Source: Deltaproteobacteria bacterium
GTDB taxonomy: Bacteria; Myxococcota_A; UBA9160; SMWR01
Length of the DNA: 64,000 bases
Assembly: GCA_032128115.1 (NCBI GenBank)
Contig: JAQBHB010000098.1
Span: 32,001 to 96,000 of the forward strand
Reading direction: 5' to 3'
Shown: positions 44,897 to 54,440 of the stretch, in pieces
Layout: each line of letters begins with the position of its first letter
Numbering within the stretch: position 1 is the first letter of the stretch
Position numbers and translations under genes: made by a program
The notes under the pieces: model-generated
Told to the model about the DNA's origin: nothing
Databases searched by the model: none
Seen by the model: the letters and a program-made list of their open reading frames with translations, nothing else

Positions 44897-45493
44897 GGGC
44901 ACGCGAGCCGAGGGTCGCGCTCGGCCGTGTTCGCGATAGACCTGGCCCGTGTCGGTGAGGGTCAGCGCCACGACTCCGTCCGTTCGCCTGCGGGTCTCGA
45001 TGACACCCTGCGCGGTGCGCAGCTTCACGGGCCCCTCCACGTCCACCAGCCGGATCGGCGCGCCCGTGGTGCGGGCGACCACGCCGCCTCGCACGCCCTC
45101 GACTTCGACGACGCCTCGGGCGGTCTGGATCTCGATGGCGAACCCCGCCGGCACCAGGACCTGGACGTCCACACGGGGACCCGGGTGGATGAAGCGCAGC
45201 CACGGCTCGTCGGATCCGGTCAGGATCACGTCGCCGGGCTCGGAGCGGGCGGCGAAGTGCACGTTGCTCGATCCGAGCCCTCGAGCCCGGGCTTCGATCC
45301 ACACCTCTCTTTCGTCGTGGGTCGAGATCCGGACGTCGCCGCGCTGGAGCACCACGTGCAGGGTTCCCGTGTCGCCGACCGGGAGGCGTTCGATGAACTC
45401 GTCTGCCGCTGCTCCTCCGGCCAGCGCGAAGCTGGCGAGCGCGAAGCTGGCCAGAAACGCAACGAGCGCAGCGACGGTTGTCGCGCGGTACAT
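44867..45493 (-). CDS. Secreted DUF4097 (adhesin-like beta-repeat) protein
   Basis: Signal peptide containing an ASFAL duplication; repeated T..G.V/I motifs (TARGVV, TTGAPI, TAQGVI). Confidence 0.65.
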   Translation of the reverse strand: MYRATTVAALVAFLASFALASFALAGGAAADEFIERLPVGDTGTLHVVLQRGDVRISTHDEREVWIEARARGLGSSNVHFAARSEPGDVILTGSDEPWLRFIHPGPRVDVQVLVPAGFAIEIQTARGVVEVEGVRGGVVARTTGAPIRLVDVEGPVKLRTAQGVIETRRRTDGVVALTLTDTGQVYREHGRARPSARVPALGLQAARP

Positions 45494-45678
45494 GAAACGA
45501 ACCCTCCGCCGTGCGGGGAGAGCAAGAGCTGTGCCATCGTGGCGGGCGGCGTCGATCGCGCTCGGCGCGTCGCAAGGGCTCCCGGCGCAGCCGGGCGCAC
45601 CGAAATGGCTGCGCATGCAGCACCAGCCCTGCCAACTCCGGCGGCGCGGTGCCGCGAAAGTTGTCGGGGGAAGTCAGC

Positions 45679-47217
45679 GTGGATTCTCGGGTCGAGACCG
45701 CTTCGGGCAGGTTGTCTGGACGGCGCGAAGAGGGCGTCCGGGTTTTCCGGGGCATCCCGTACGCGAGCCCGCCGGTGGGCCGCCGGCGCTTTCGCCCGCC
45801 CGTGCCGCCGGAACCCTGGGCCGGAGTGCGCGACGCGACCCGGCCGTCGGCGTCCGCTCCCCAGAAGCCGGGAATCATCGCGGGCCTGCTGGGCGCAGGT
45901 GTCGAGCGCAGCGACGAGGACTGCCTGTCGCTCAACGTCTGGACACCGGGCCTCGACGCGGGCCGGCGTCCCGTGCTGGTCTGGCTCCACGGGGGTAGCT
46001 ACCTGACCGGCTCGGGCTCGCTCCCACTCTACGAGGGCCGACGCCTGGCGCAGCGAGGCGACGTGGTGGTCGTCACCCTGAACTACCGGCTCGGCGCCCT
46101 GGGATGGCTGGCGCTTCCGGCTCTGGCAGCGGAGGAGGGGGGCACCCTGGGAAACCTGGGCCTGCTGGACCAGATCGCGGCCCTCGAGTGGGTGAGAAAC
46201 CAGATCGCGCTCTTCGGGGGCGACCCGGAACAGGTAACCGTGTTCGGGGAATCGGCGGGCGCCATGAGCGTGGGCGCCCTGTTGGGAGTGCCGCGAGCCC
46301 GCGGCCTGTTCCGGCGCGCCATCCTTCAGAGTGGCGCGGCCGCGAACGTGCACGATCGCGATGACGGAGTGCGCGCGGCCGAGACCTTCATGAAGGAGAT
46401 GGGGCTCGCTCCGGGCGACGTGGCGGGTCTGCGCGCCGCGCCGGTGGAGGCGCTGATCGAGGCCCAGGACCGCTGCGGGCCCGCTCTGTCCTTTGTGGTG
46501 CCGGGCCTCGCGTTCCAACCGGTGGTCGACGGCGACCTGTTGCCGCGACAGCCACTGGATTCGCTCGCGGATCCGTCCTGGCCGGCGTTGCCGATCCTGA
46601 TCGGCACCAATCGCGACGAGTGGAAGCTCTACGGCATCGGCGACCGGCGCGCGCGAGAGCTGGACGAGGCCGCGCTCCTGCGCCGCTGTCAACGCAACCT
46701 GCCCGGTGAGGACGCTTCGGGCCGCAGCCGCGCCGAGCGCGTGATCGAAACCTATCTCCTTGCCCGCACGGGGCGAGCGGGTGTTTCGCCTCCGGATCTG
46801 TGGTTCGCCATCGAGAGCGACCGGCACTTCCGCTATCCGGCCATGCGCCTGGCCGAGATCAATGCGAAGCGTCAATCCGACACCTACGCCTATTTCTTTA
46901 CCTGGGAGTCGCCGGCCCTGGGTGGCGCCCTCGGCTCGTGTCACGCCATCGAGGTTCCGTTCGTGTTCGGGTGCATCGAGGATGGCCTGGTTCCGAAGTT
47001 CGTGGGCCGGGGGCCCGCGGTGAGCCGCCTGAGCCAGCAGATCCAGGATGCCTGGATCGCCTTCGCACGGAGTGGCCGCCCGGGTCACACGGGCCCGGGC
47101 GACTGGCCCGCCTACGAGGCCGCTCGCCGCGCCACCCTGGTGCTTGGCGAGCAAACCTTCGTCGAGCATGCGCCTGCGGAAACCGAGCGCGCCCTGTGGG
47201 CCGATCTGGAAACCTGA
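45679..47217 (+). CDS. Carboxylesterase type B (PnbA-like)
   Basis: GIPYASPPVG.RRF, SEDCLSLNVWTP, WLHGG, FGESAG, GTNRDE, CHAIEV. Confidence 0.92.
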   Translation: MDSRVETASGRLSGRREEGVRVFRGIPYASPPVGRRRFRPPVPPEPWAGVRDATRPSASAPQKPGIIAGLLGAGVERSDEDCLSLNVWTPGLDAGRRPVLVWLHGGSYLTGSGSLPLYEGRRLAQRGDVVVVTLNYRLGALGWLALPALAAEEGGTLGNLGLLDQIAALEWVRNQIALFGGDPEQVTVFGESAGAMSVGALLGVPRARGLFRRAILQSGAAANVHDRDDGVRAAETFMKEMGLAPGDVAGLRAAPVEALIEAQDRCGPALSFVVPGLAFQPVVDGDLLPRQPLDSLADPSWPALPILIGTNRDEWKLYGIGDRRARELDEAALLRRCQRNLPGEDASGRSRAERVIETYLLARTGRAGVSPPDLWFAIESDRHFRYPAMRLAEINAKRQSDTYAYFFTWESPALGGALGSCHAIEVPFVFGCIEDGLVPKFVGRGPAVSRLSQQIQDAWIAFARSGRPGHTGPGDWPAYEAARRATLVLGEQTFVEHAPAETERALWADLET

Positions 47218-47256
47218 TCGCCGCGGCGGAGCGGTCGTCGGGTATCATGCCGCGCG

Positions 47257-47904
47257 ATGATCGGCATCGGGCTGCTTCTGGCGTTTGCGTTGGCCTACGG
47301 CCTGATCCGCGTGGCGGCCGGCTATCCGCGACCGCCGCGGGCCTTTGGCTTCCTCATGCGGGGCGAGGCGGCCTTCCTGAGGGCGGCTGCGGAGGCCACC
47401 TATCCAGCCGCCGGCGCCATTCCGATCTCGGGCGGCGATGCAAAGATTTCCGAGTACGTGGATCGCCTGTTGGCTGCGTCCCACCCGCGGATCCGGCTCC
47501 AGATGCGGATGCTCTTCTTCCTGATGGAGCACGCCACGATCATCCTCCCTGCGCCGGGACGCGGCGGCCGGCGCCGCTTCTCCTCGCTGGATCGCGATCA
47601 GCAGGCGGCGGTACTCGATGCCTGGGCCGAAAGCCCCTACTGGCAGCGGCGCCTGGTGTTTTCGAGCCTGCGCGCGATCCTGACCATGGGTTACTTCGCG
47701 CACCCGCCATTGCTCCGCCATCTGGGCGTGGCGCCCCTGGCCATCGACTCGCCCATCTGTGAAGCCGATCTGCTCTATCCGCGAATCGGCGCCATGCCCG
47801 CAACCATCGCTTACACCCGCGACGATCTCACGCCCGCGAGCGCCGGCACGCCGCTGGCCCTGGATGCCCCCCTCGATCCCCGCTACGCGGCCGAGGAAGC
47901 ATGA
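47257..47904 (+). CDS. Gluconate-2-dehydrogenase subunit-3-like partner protein
   Basis: RFSSLD..QQAAVLDAW, LRAILTMGYF. Coupled to the downstream GMC gene. Confidence 0.65.
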   Translation: MIGIGLLLAFALAYGLIRVAAGYPRPPRAFGFLMRGEAAFLRAAAEATYPAAGAIPISGGDAKISEYVDRLLAASHPRIRLQMRMLFFLMEHATIILPAPGRGGRRRFSSLDRDQQAAVLDAWAESPYWQRRLVFSSLRAILTMGYFAHPPLLRHLGVAPLAIDSPICEADLLYPRIGAMPATIAYTRDDLTPASAGTPLALDAPLDPRYAAEEA

Positions 47905-49439
47905 GCGTGGCTCTCACCGCTGGCGATCTGCGCGTATTCGCCCAATACGATCGCGACTTCAGCGAGGAAGTGGACGTGGTGGTGGTGGGATCCGGCCCGT
48001 GCGGCTCGGTGATGGCCAAGGAGCTCACCGACGCGGGCCAACGCGTGGCGCTGCTGGAGGAAGGGCCGCCCTTTACGCCCCAGGAGTACGTGATCGACGG
48101 TGCGCTCTCCATGGCGCGCACCATGCGCGAGGGCGGCCTGCGCGCCACCACAGGCACCGTGATGCCCACCATGCAGGCCATCGCCCTGGGTGGTGGCTCC
48201 CTGGTGAACTCGGCCATCTGCAACCGCGCTCCCGACTTCGTGCTCGACCGCTGGTGCAGCGAGTTCGAGCTCTCGAACACGACGCTGGCGGACCTGGACC
48301 CCCACTACGACGCGGTGGGCGAGTTCCTCGGCATCGCGCCGACCCCGGACGACGTGCAGGGGGAGCGCAACCTGCTCTTCCGACGCGGATGCGACGAGCT
48401 CGGTTATCCCAGCGAACCCATCGCGCGCAACGTGCGCGGCTGTCGCGGCAGCGGTGAGTGCTTCACCGGTTGCCGCGTGCGCGCCAAGCAGTCCATGGAC
48501 ATCACCTACGTTCCCGAGGCCCTGCGCGGTGGCGCGCGGGTCTTCACGTCGCTGCGGGTGGAGAATCTGATGGCAGACGGTCGCCGGGTGAGCGGTGTCG
48601 AGGGTCGGGTCGTGGCCCCCTTCAGCGGCCGTCCGAGCCATCGCTTCCGCATCCGCGCGCGCGCGGTGGTGCTGGCCGCCGGCTGTATGGCGACCCCGGT
48701 GATCCTCCAGAAGAGTGGCAATCTGGCCAACCGCTCCGGACAGGTGGGCGAGAACCTGCAGTTCCACCCGGGTGTTGCAATCATGGGCGTGTTTCCCGAC
48801 AAGGTGAACCCGCAATTCGGGGCCACCCAGGGCTACCAGTCTCGTCACTTCCTGAAAGAGGGATTCAAACTCGAGACCCTGTGGGCACCGCCCGCGGTGT
48901 TGGCGGTGCGCATGCCGGGCTCCGGCGAGGTGCTCAAGCAGCGCCTGGCCGCCGTGCCCCACGCGGCCATCTGGGACGCCATCGCCAGCTGCTCGCGTTC
49001 ATTGGGTCGGGTGCGGGCGCGCCGGCGCGGCATGGATCCCAGGATCAGCTGGCACCTGCATCCCGAAGACCTTCCCATCCTGACGCGAGCGCTCTGGGTG
49101 CTGGCCGAGATCTTCTTCGCCGCCGGGGCCCGCTACATCGTGCCCGGCGTCCACCGCATTCCGGACGAACTCCACTCGTTGCAGGAGGCAGAGATTCTCC
49201 GCACCCACCCCATGAAGGCCACCGACCTCGTGACCGGCGGCAACCACGCCTTCTGCACCACACGCATGCACGGCGATCCCCGGCGCGGCGTGGTGGACCA
49301 GTATGGCAAGTGCCACGACCTGGAGAACCTCTGGATCGCCGACACGGGCATCTTCCCCCAGTGCCCCTCCGTGAATCCGATGTGGACGGGCATGGCCCTG
49401 GCCCACCGGGCCGCGGGCCGGCTGGCGGCTCAGCTCTAG
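47901..49439 (+). CDS. GMC-family FAD oxidoreductase
   Basis: VVVVGSGPCG, GGGSLVNS, C.GSGEC..GC...AKQS, NHAFCTTRM, VNPMWT. Confidence 0.9.
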   Translation: MSVALTAGDLRVFAQYDRDFSEEVDVVVVGSGPCGSVMAKELTDAGQRVALLEEGPPFTPQEYVIDGALSMARTMREGGLRATTGTVMPTMQAIALGGGSLVNSAICNRAPDFVLDRWCSEFELSNTTLADLDPHYDAVGEFLGIAPTPDDVQGERNLLFRRGCDELGYPSEPIARNVRGCRGSGECFTGCRVRAKQSMDITYVPEALRGGARVFTSLRVENLMADGRRVSGVEGRVVAPFSGRPSHRFRIRARAVVLAAGCMATPVILQKSGNLANRSGQVGENLQFHPGVAIMGVFPDKVNPQFGATQGYQSRHFLKEGFKLETLWAPPAVLAVRMPGSGEVLKQRLAAVPHAAIWDAIASCSRSLGRVRARRRGMDPRISWHLHPEDLPILTRALWVLAEIFFAAGARYIVPGVHRIPDELHSLQEAEILRTHPMKATDLVTGGNHAFCTTRMHGDPRRGVVDQYGKCHDLENLWIADTGIFPQCPSVNPMWTGMALAHRAAGRLAAQL

Positions 49440-49465
49440 CACCGGGCCAGACCCGCCGGATACCA

Positions 49466-49495
49466 CCCAGGGAGGCCCTTTCGGGCCCCCCTGGG
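49466..49495 (+). terminator. GC-rich stem-loop downstream of the GMC gene
   Basis: CCCAGGGAGGCCC-TTTC-GGGCCCCCCTGGG, 13-bp stem with one mismatch, no U tract. Confidence 0.4.
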
Positions 49496-49579
49496 CCCGT
49501 CCGGCCCCCCTACATCGCAGGCCCGGTCCTGCCGATACGGGAGGAGACCCGGGACCGCTCCGGGTCGGGGGGACTCCGG

Positions 49580-49894
49580 ATGAAGACCATGCTTGCCGTC
49601 TCGATCGCCGCGGCGTTTCTGCTGCTGCCCGGCTCGGCCGCAGCCGACGTCAACGGGTGCAATGGGCTCAACAACCAGATCGATCACTACACCAAGCTGA
49701 TGGAGCGGGCCGATCAGCTCGGCAATTCCATGTGGGAGCAGCGCATCGGCAACCACCTGGAGGGCCTGCTGGCCCAGCGGTCCGCGATCTGCCCCCAGTA
49801 CGAGAAAGACGACGGCACCATGCGGGCCATTGCGGCCCTGGTCAAGCTGGCCGCCAAGGCCGCTGTGACCTACTTCACCATGGGTGCCTTCTAG
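49580..49894 (+). CDS. Small secreted hypothetical protein
   Basis: Clear Sec signal (MKTMLAV...AAA-D), GC3-rich codons, two cysteines. Confidence 0.7.
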   Translation: MKTMLAVSIAAAFLLLPGSAAADVNGCNGLNNQIDHYTKLMERADQLGNSMWEQRIGNHLEGLLAQRSAICPQYEKDDGTMRAIAALVKLAAKAAVTYFTMGAF

Positions 49895-49970
49895 GAGGCT
49901 CTTCTCCGCTTCTTCGTGCGTGCCCAGAGTGGCACGGATAGAATACGAAGAACCCGGAGGTCCCCCCCCT

Positions 49971-50579
49971 GTGAAGCTCTACGAGTACACCCAGGCTCCC
50001 AATCCGCGTCGCGTTCGCATCTTCCTGGCCGAGAAGGGGATCCAGGTCCCCCTCGAGCAGGTGGACATCGGCCGTGCCGACAACCGCAAACCCGACTTCC
50101 TCGCCAAGAACCCACTGGGCGGCGTGCCCGTGCTGGAACTCGACGACGGTCGCTTCGTCGCCGAGTCGGTGGCGATCTGCCGCTACTTCGAGGAGATCCA
50201 CCCCGAGCCGCCGCTGATGGGGACCGACGCGGCCGATCGCGCCATCGTCGAGATGTGGAACCGGCGCATGGAGCTCGAGGTGATGGGTCTGCTGACCCAG
50301 GCCTTCCGCAACACCCACGAATTCTTCAAGGGACGCGTGGCCCAGGTGCCGGAGTTTGGCGAGGTGTGCCGGAGCGCAGCACCCAAGCGCCTGGAGTGGC
50401 TCGATCGCGAGCTCGGAGATCGCCCCTTCATCGCTGGCGACCGCTACACCATTGCCGACATCACGGCCCAGGTGGGAATCGACTTCGGCCGCGTGGTGAA
50501 GGTGCGGATCCAGCCGGAGCTGAAGAACCTGACCCGCTGGTACGAGTCCGTCTCCACGCGCCCGAGCGCCGGGGCCTAG
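49971..50579 (+). CDS. Glutathione S-transferase
   Basis: APNPRRVRIFLAEKG, NPLGGVPVL, ESVAICRY, YTIADI. GGAGG RBS. Confidence 0.9.
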   Translation: MKLYEYTQAPNPRRVRIFLAEKGIQVPLEQVDIGRADNRKPDFLAKNPLGGVPVLELDDGRFVAESVAICRYFEEIHPEPPLMGTDAADRAIVEMWNRRMELEVMGLLTQAFRNTHEFFKGRVAQVPEFGEVCRSAAPKRLEWLDRELGDRPFIAGDRYTIADITAQVGIDFGRVVKVRIQPELKNLTRWYESVSTRPSAGA

Positions 50580-50581
50580 CC

Positions 50582-51598
50582 GTGAAGCACCGACGCCTCG
50601 GTGAATCCGGTCTCGTGGTTTCCGAAATCGGCCTCGGCACCATGACCTTCGGCAGCATGGCCGACGAGAGCACGAGCCTCGCCATCCTGGACAAGGCCTT
50701 CGACGCCGGAGTCGACTTCCTCGACGCGGCGGAGATCTACCCGGTGCCGCCCGATAGCCGCTACGCCGGCGCCAGCGAGGAGATCTGTGGCAAGTGGCTG
50801 GCCGGCAGGCCCCGCGATGCCGTCTACGTGGCCAGCAAGGTGGCCGGTCCCTTCGGCGGCTGGTTCCAGGCGCCCATCCGACACGGCAAGACCAGCCTCG
50901 ATCGGCATCACATCCAGCGCGCCGTCGAGGCGAGCCTGCGCCGCCTGGGCACGGACTATCTGGATCTCTACCAGACCCACTGGCCGGATCCCGACCTTCC
51001 CATCGAGGAGACGCTCGAAGCCCTGGACCGATTGGTAGAAGACGGCAAGGTGCGCGCGGTGGGTTGCAGCAACGAGAGCGCCTACGGGCTCACCCGGAGC
51101 CTGTGGCGGGCCGACCGCGAGGGCACCGTCCGGCATCAGACCATCCAGAACAACTACAGCCTGTTGAATCGCCGCTTCGAAGACGAGCTGTCCACGGTGT
51201 GCCGCCGGGAGAAGGTGAGCCTCCTGGCCTACAGCCCGATTGCGGCAGGCGTGCTCTCGGGAAAGTACGCGGAGGGGGCCTGGCCCGAAGGTGCGCGCTT
51301 CACGCGCTATCGCGAGGACAGCCCGCGCACGGCGAGCATGACCGACCGCTTCGTGAACGAACGCAGCCAGGAGGCAACGCGCCGGTTCGCGGAGATCGCC
51401 AGCGATTGTGGCCTGGCTCCGGTGACGTTCGCGGTGGCGTGGACCCTGAAGCAGGACTTCGTTGGCTCCACGTTGATCGGAGCCACCCACCCGGACCAGC
51501 TGGACGAGACGCTGGCCGCGGCCGACGCGGTGATTCCCGACGACGCCCTGAAGGCCTGCGATCGCGTGTCGAAGGAGATCCGCTATCCGTTGGGTTAG
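50582..51598 (+). CDS. Aldo/keto reductase (Tas-like)
   Basis: GLGTMTFG, DAAEIYPVP, LGTDYLDLYQTHWPD, GCSNE, QNNYSLLNR. Confidence 0.92.
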   Translation: MKHRRLGESGLVVSEIGLGTMTFGSMADESTSLAILDKAFDAGVDFLDAAEIYPVPPDSRYAGASEEICGKWLAGRPRDAVYVASKVAGPFGGWFQAPIRHGKTSLDRHHIQRAVEASLRRLGTDYLDLYQTHWPDPDLPIEETLEALDRLVEDGKVRAVGCSNESAYGLTRSLWRADREGTVRHQTIQNNYSLLNRRFEDELSTVCRREKVSLLAYSPIAAGVLSGKYAEGAWPEGARFTRYREDSPRTASMTDRFVNERSQEATRRFAEIASDCGLAPVTFAVAWTLKQDFVGSTLIGATHPDQLDETLAAADAVIPDDALKACDRVSKEIRYPLG

Positions 51599-51608
51599 AG
51601 CCGGCGCC

Positions 51609-52394
51609 GTGATTCTGGTGGCAGCACTCGGGCCCGCGAGCGGAGTCGCCGGCTCGGATCGGGGCGCCGACGGTCGCTTCGACAAGCGCGTCTCTTCCCA
51701 CTTCGTGCTCTTCCAGGACGTAGACATCGACCGCACCGGCGGGCTGCACGGCTCGCGGCGCTTCGAGCAGCAGGTGTTGGACGCACTCGAGCAGGGCTAC
51801 GACCTGCTTGGCGATGCCCTGGGGCTTCGGCCCGAGGGCAAGATCCAGGTGCTCGTCTACGACCCGGTGATCTTCGACCAACAATTCGGGGGGTTGTTCC
51901 GCTTCGCGGCGGCCGGCTTCTACCAGGGGGTGATTCGCGTGCGCGGCAATACGGTGGTGCACACGGGTCTGGTCCGCGTGCTGAACCACGAGCTGGTGCA
52001 CGCGGCCCTGGACGCGGCGGCTCCCTCCTACGTCTATCCCGGCTGGTTCAACGAGGGGCTGGCCGAGTGGTTCGAGGCGCGCACGCTGGGCAAGCGCCAC
52101 CTCAGTGGAGGCGAGTACGGCGCGCTGGTGCGCACCCGCCAGGCCGGGGGCCTCTTCCCGCTGGAGAGCCTGAGCGTGGCGAGCTTTGCGCGATTCGGGC
52201 CCGACGCGGCGCGGGCCGCCTACCTGCAGTCGTACGGCATGATCGAGTTCCTGGCGCGGCGCCATGGCGAACGCAAGCTGCGCGAGTTCTCGCTGGGCCT
52301 CGTGCGCTCACGCGACCTGGAGCGCACCCTGTCCCGGGTCTACCGCAGCGATCTGGGAACGCTCGAGGCGGATTTCCTGGCGGAGCTCAGCTGA
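51609..52394 (+). CDS. Peptidase MA-like zinc metalloprotease
   Basis: HELVH followed by WFNEGLAE. Confidence 0.75.
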   Translation: MILVAALGPASGVAGSDRGADGRFDKRVSSHFVLFQDVDIDRTGGLHGSRRFEQQVLDALEQGYDLLGDALGLRPEGKIQVLVYDPVIFDQQFGGLFRFAAAGFYQGVIRVRGNTVVHTGLVRVLNHELVHAALDAAAPSYVYPGWFNEGLAEWFEARTLGKRHLSGGEYGALVRTRQAGGLFPLESLSVASFARFGPDAARAAYLQSYGMIEFLARRHGERKLREFSLGLVRSRDLERTLSRVYRSDLGTLEADFLAELS

Positions 52395-52399
52395 TTCCG

Positions 52400-53008
52400 G
52401 TGACCCGCTGGCAACTCGCGCTCGCGGTCGCGCTCGCGATGGCAGGCCTCGGCCTGCTCCCGTTGGCCCTGGCTTGCGACGACGGGGCGGGCCGCAGCGG
52501 CACGCTGCCCTCGGTGTCGGCAGCACGCATGGCGGCGCCGGACTTCACACTGGTGGACCAGAACGGGGATCCCTTCGCCCTGGCCGACGTGCGCGGCAAG
52601 GCCGTGGTGATGGACTTCATCTTCACCCACTGCCCCGGGCCTTGCCCCATCCTCACGGGAATCAACGTATCTTTGCAGCGCTCGCTTCCGCCGGAGTTGC
52701 GCGCCGCAACGCACTTCGTGTCGATCACCATCGACCCGGAGCGCGACAGCCCCGAGGCCCTGGGTGACTACGCCCGGGCCCGCGGCGCCGATCTGTCGGA
52801 CTGGTCGTTTCTCGGGGGGCCCGTTGCGCAGGTGGAATCGGTGACGCGCTCGTATGGCGTGGCCAGCATGAGCGAGCCCGGCGGTGAGATGAACCACCAG
52901 CTGGTGACGGTGCTGATCGATCCCGAGGGCCGGATCGCCGAGCACTATCTGGGCGTAGATCACGAGGCCGACGAGATCCGGCGCGATCTGGAGAGCCTGA
53001 TCCCGTGA
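52400..53008 (+). CDS. SCO1/SenC copper chaperone lipoprotein
   Basis: Lipobox LAC, FTHCPGPCP, IDPERD, conserved His. Confidence 0.88.
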   Translation: MTRWQLALAVALAMAGLGLLPLALACDDGAGRSGTLPSVSAARMAAPDFTLVDQNGDPFALADVRGKAVVMDFIFTHCPGPCPILTGINVSLQRSLPPELRAATHFVSITIDPERDSPEALGDYARARGADLSDWSFLGGPVAQVESVTRSYGVASMSEPGGEMNHQLVTVLIDPEGRIAEHYLGVDHEADEIRRDLESLIP

Positions 53009-54114
53009 CCGCAGCGTTGGTGGTGGGGGGCGGCGTCGTGGGCTCGGCGATCGCCTGGACGCTGGCGCGCGAGCGCGCCGACGTGACCCTGCTCGAGCGC
53101 GATGAGATCGCCGCACACGCCTCGGGTGTGGCGGCGGGGATGCTGCAGCCCATGGGGGAGTCCTGGGGCAACCCGGTCTTCCTGCGCTGGGGCCTGCGCA
53201 GTCTGGCGATGTTTCCCGAAATCGTCTCGGACCTGCGTGAGCGCACGGGCATCGACCCGGAGTACCAGGCAAGCGGCGCGCTCAGCGTGGCGTTTGACGA
53301 AGAAGAGGCCGCGGCCCTGCGCCACAAGGCCGAGAGTCTGGCCGACAACGGCCTCGAATACCTGGACGCGCAGGCGGCGCGCAGCGCCGAGTCGCGCCTG
53401 GCCCACGACGTGTGCGGTGCCGTGTGGTCGCCGCGCGAGGGTCACGCGCGCAGCGGATTGCTGGCCCAGGCCTTCGCGGCGGGTGCTGCGCAGCGGGGTG
53501 CCCGGGTGGAGACCGGTGTCACGGTGTTGGGGCTTTTGCGCCAGGGCGATCGGGTGATCGGCGCCCGCACCACGGCGGGCGATCGCTTCGCTTCCGAGGT
53601 GATCCTGTGCCTGGGGCCCTGGAGTCCCGTGTGCGCCGACTGGCTCGGGGCGTCGTGGCTGCTTCCCGTCGAGCCGGTGCGCGGCCAGATCGCTGCGCTC
53701 GATGCGCCGCGGATTCCGCTGTCCAGCGTGATCGTCGGCGGCGGTGTCTACCTGGTCCCGAAACAGGACGGAAGCCTGGTGGTGGGCGCCACCCAGGAAC
53801 ACACGGGCTTCGACTGCCGGGTCACGGCCGCGGGCGTTGCGCAGTTGCTCTCGGCGGCGCTGCGGGTGGTGCCGGCCCTGGCCGACTGTCGCTTTCGCGA
53901 AGCCTGGGCGGGCCTGCGCCCCGCCACACCCGACCGCTTGCCCTAGATCGGCCGGGTGCCCGGTGTGGACGGCCTGGTGCTGGCCACCGGCCACTTCCGC
54001 ACCGGCATCCTGTTGGCACCGGTGACGGCCGAGCTGGTGTGCGACCTGGTGCTGGGCAAGGGACTGCCGGAAGAGGCGGCCCCGTTCTCGCCGGCTCGAT
54101 TCCTGTCGAGCTGA
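53005..54114 (+). pseudogene. thiO: Glycine oxidase ThiO/DAO family, interrupted by in-frame TAG at 53944-53946
   Basis: VVGGGVVG, AAGML, PVRGQ, GLRP.TPD.LP*IG. The frame continues after the stop as IGRVPGVDGLVLATGHFRTGILLAP...FLSS to TGA 54114. Confidence 0.8.
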
Positions 54115-54158
54115 CTGCACTGCGCTCGTCCGAGGCTCGCTGCGCGGAGCCCGACCGG
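53955..54158. repeat. 204-bp direct repeat, left copy (thiO 3' end plus downstream palindrome)
   Basis: Matches 60174-60377 with 4 substitutions, offset 6219 bp. Confidence 0.95.
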
Positions 54159-54440
54159 CCCAGCTGCGGCCTGGGCTTCGAGCGGATCCCGAGAGTGGAT
54201 GGTGTGAAAATCACCCACTCGATCCACGCCTCGGGGCTCCAAGTCGTTCGTGCGCAGGCGCCAGAGGTCAGGGGCGTGACCCGATTCTTCACCCGCTCTC
54301 GCATCAGAAAACCGTCCAGCACAGCGCAAGATTCTCCGCAAAGAGGGACTCCACGGGTAGGCAACTCGACCGAAGGATCTGCCCCGGACGTTCAGATACT
54401 CGCTACCCGGCCCGAAATTCCAGCGTGAGTGGATTCCAGC

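Noticed and set aside
53944..53946. Genome-wide TAG recoding or pyrrolysine
   Set aside because: TAG terminates well-conserved genes here at their expected ends (aorB, asnS, MoaD-like, GMC), and no pyl genes were seen.
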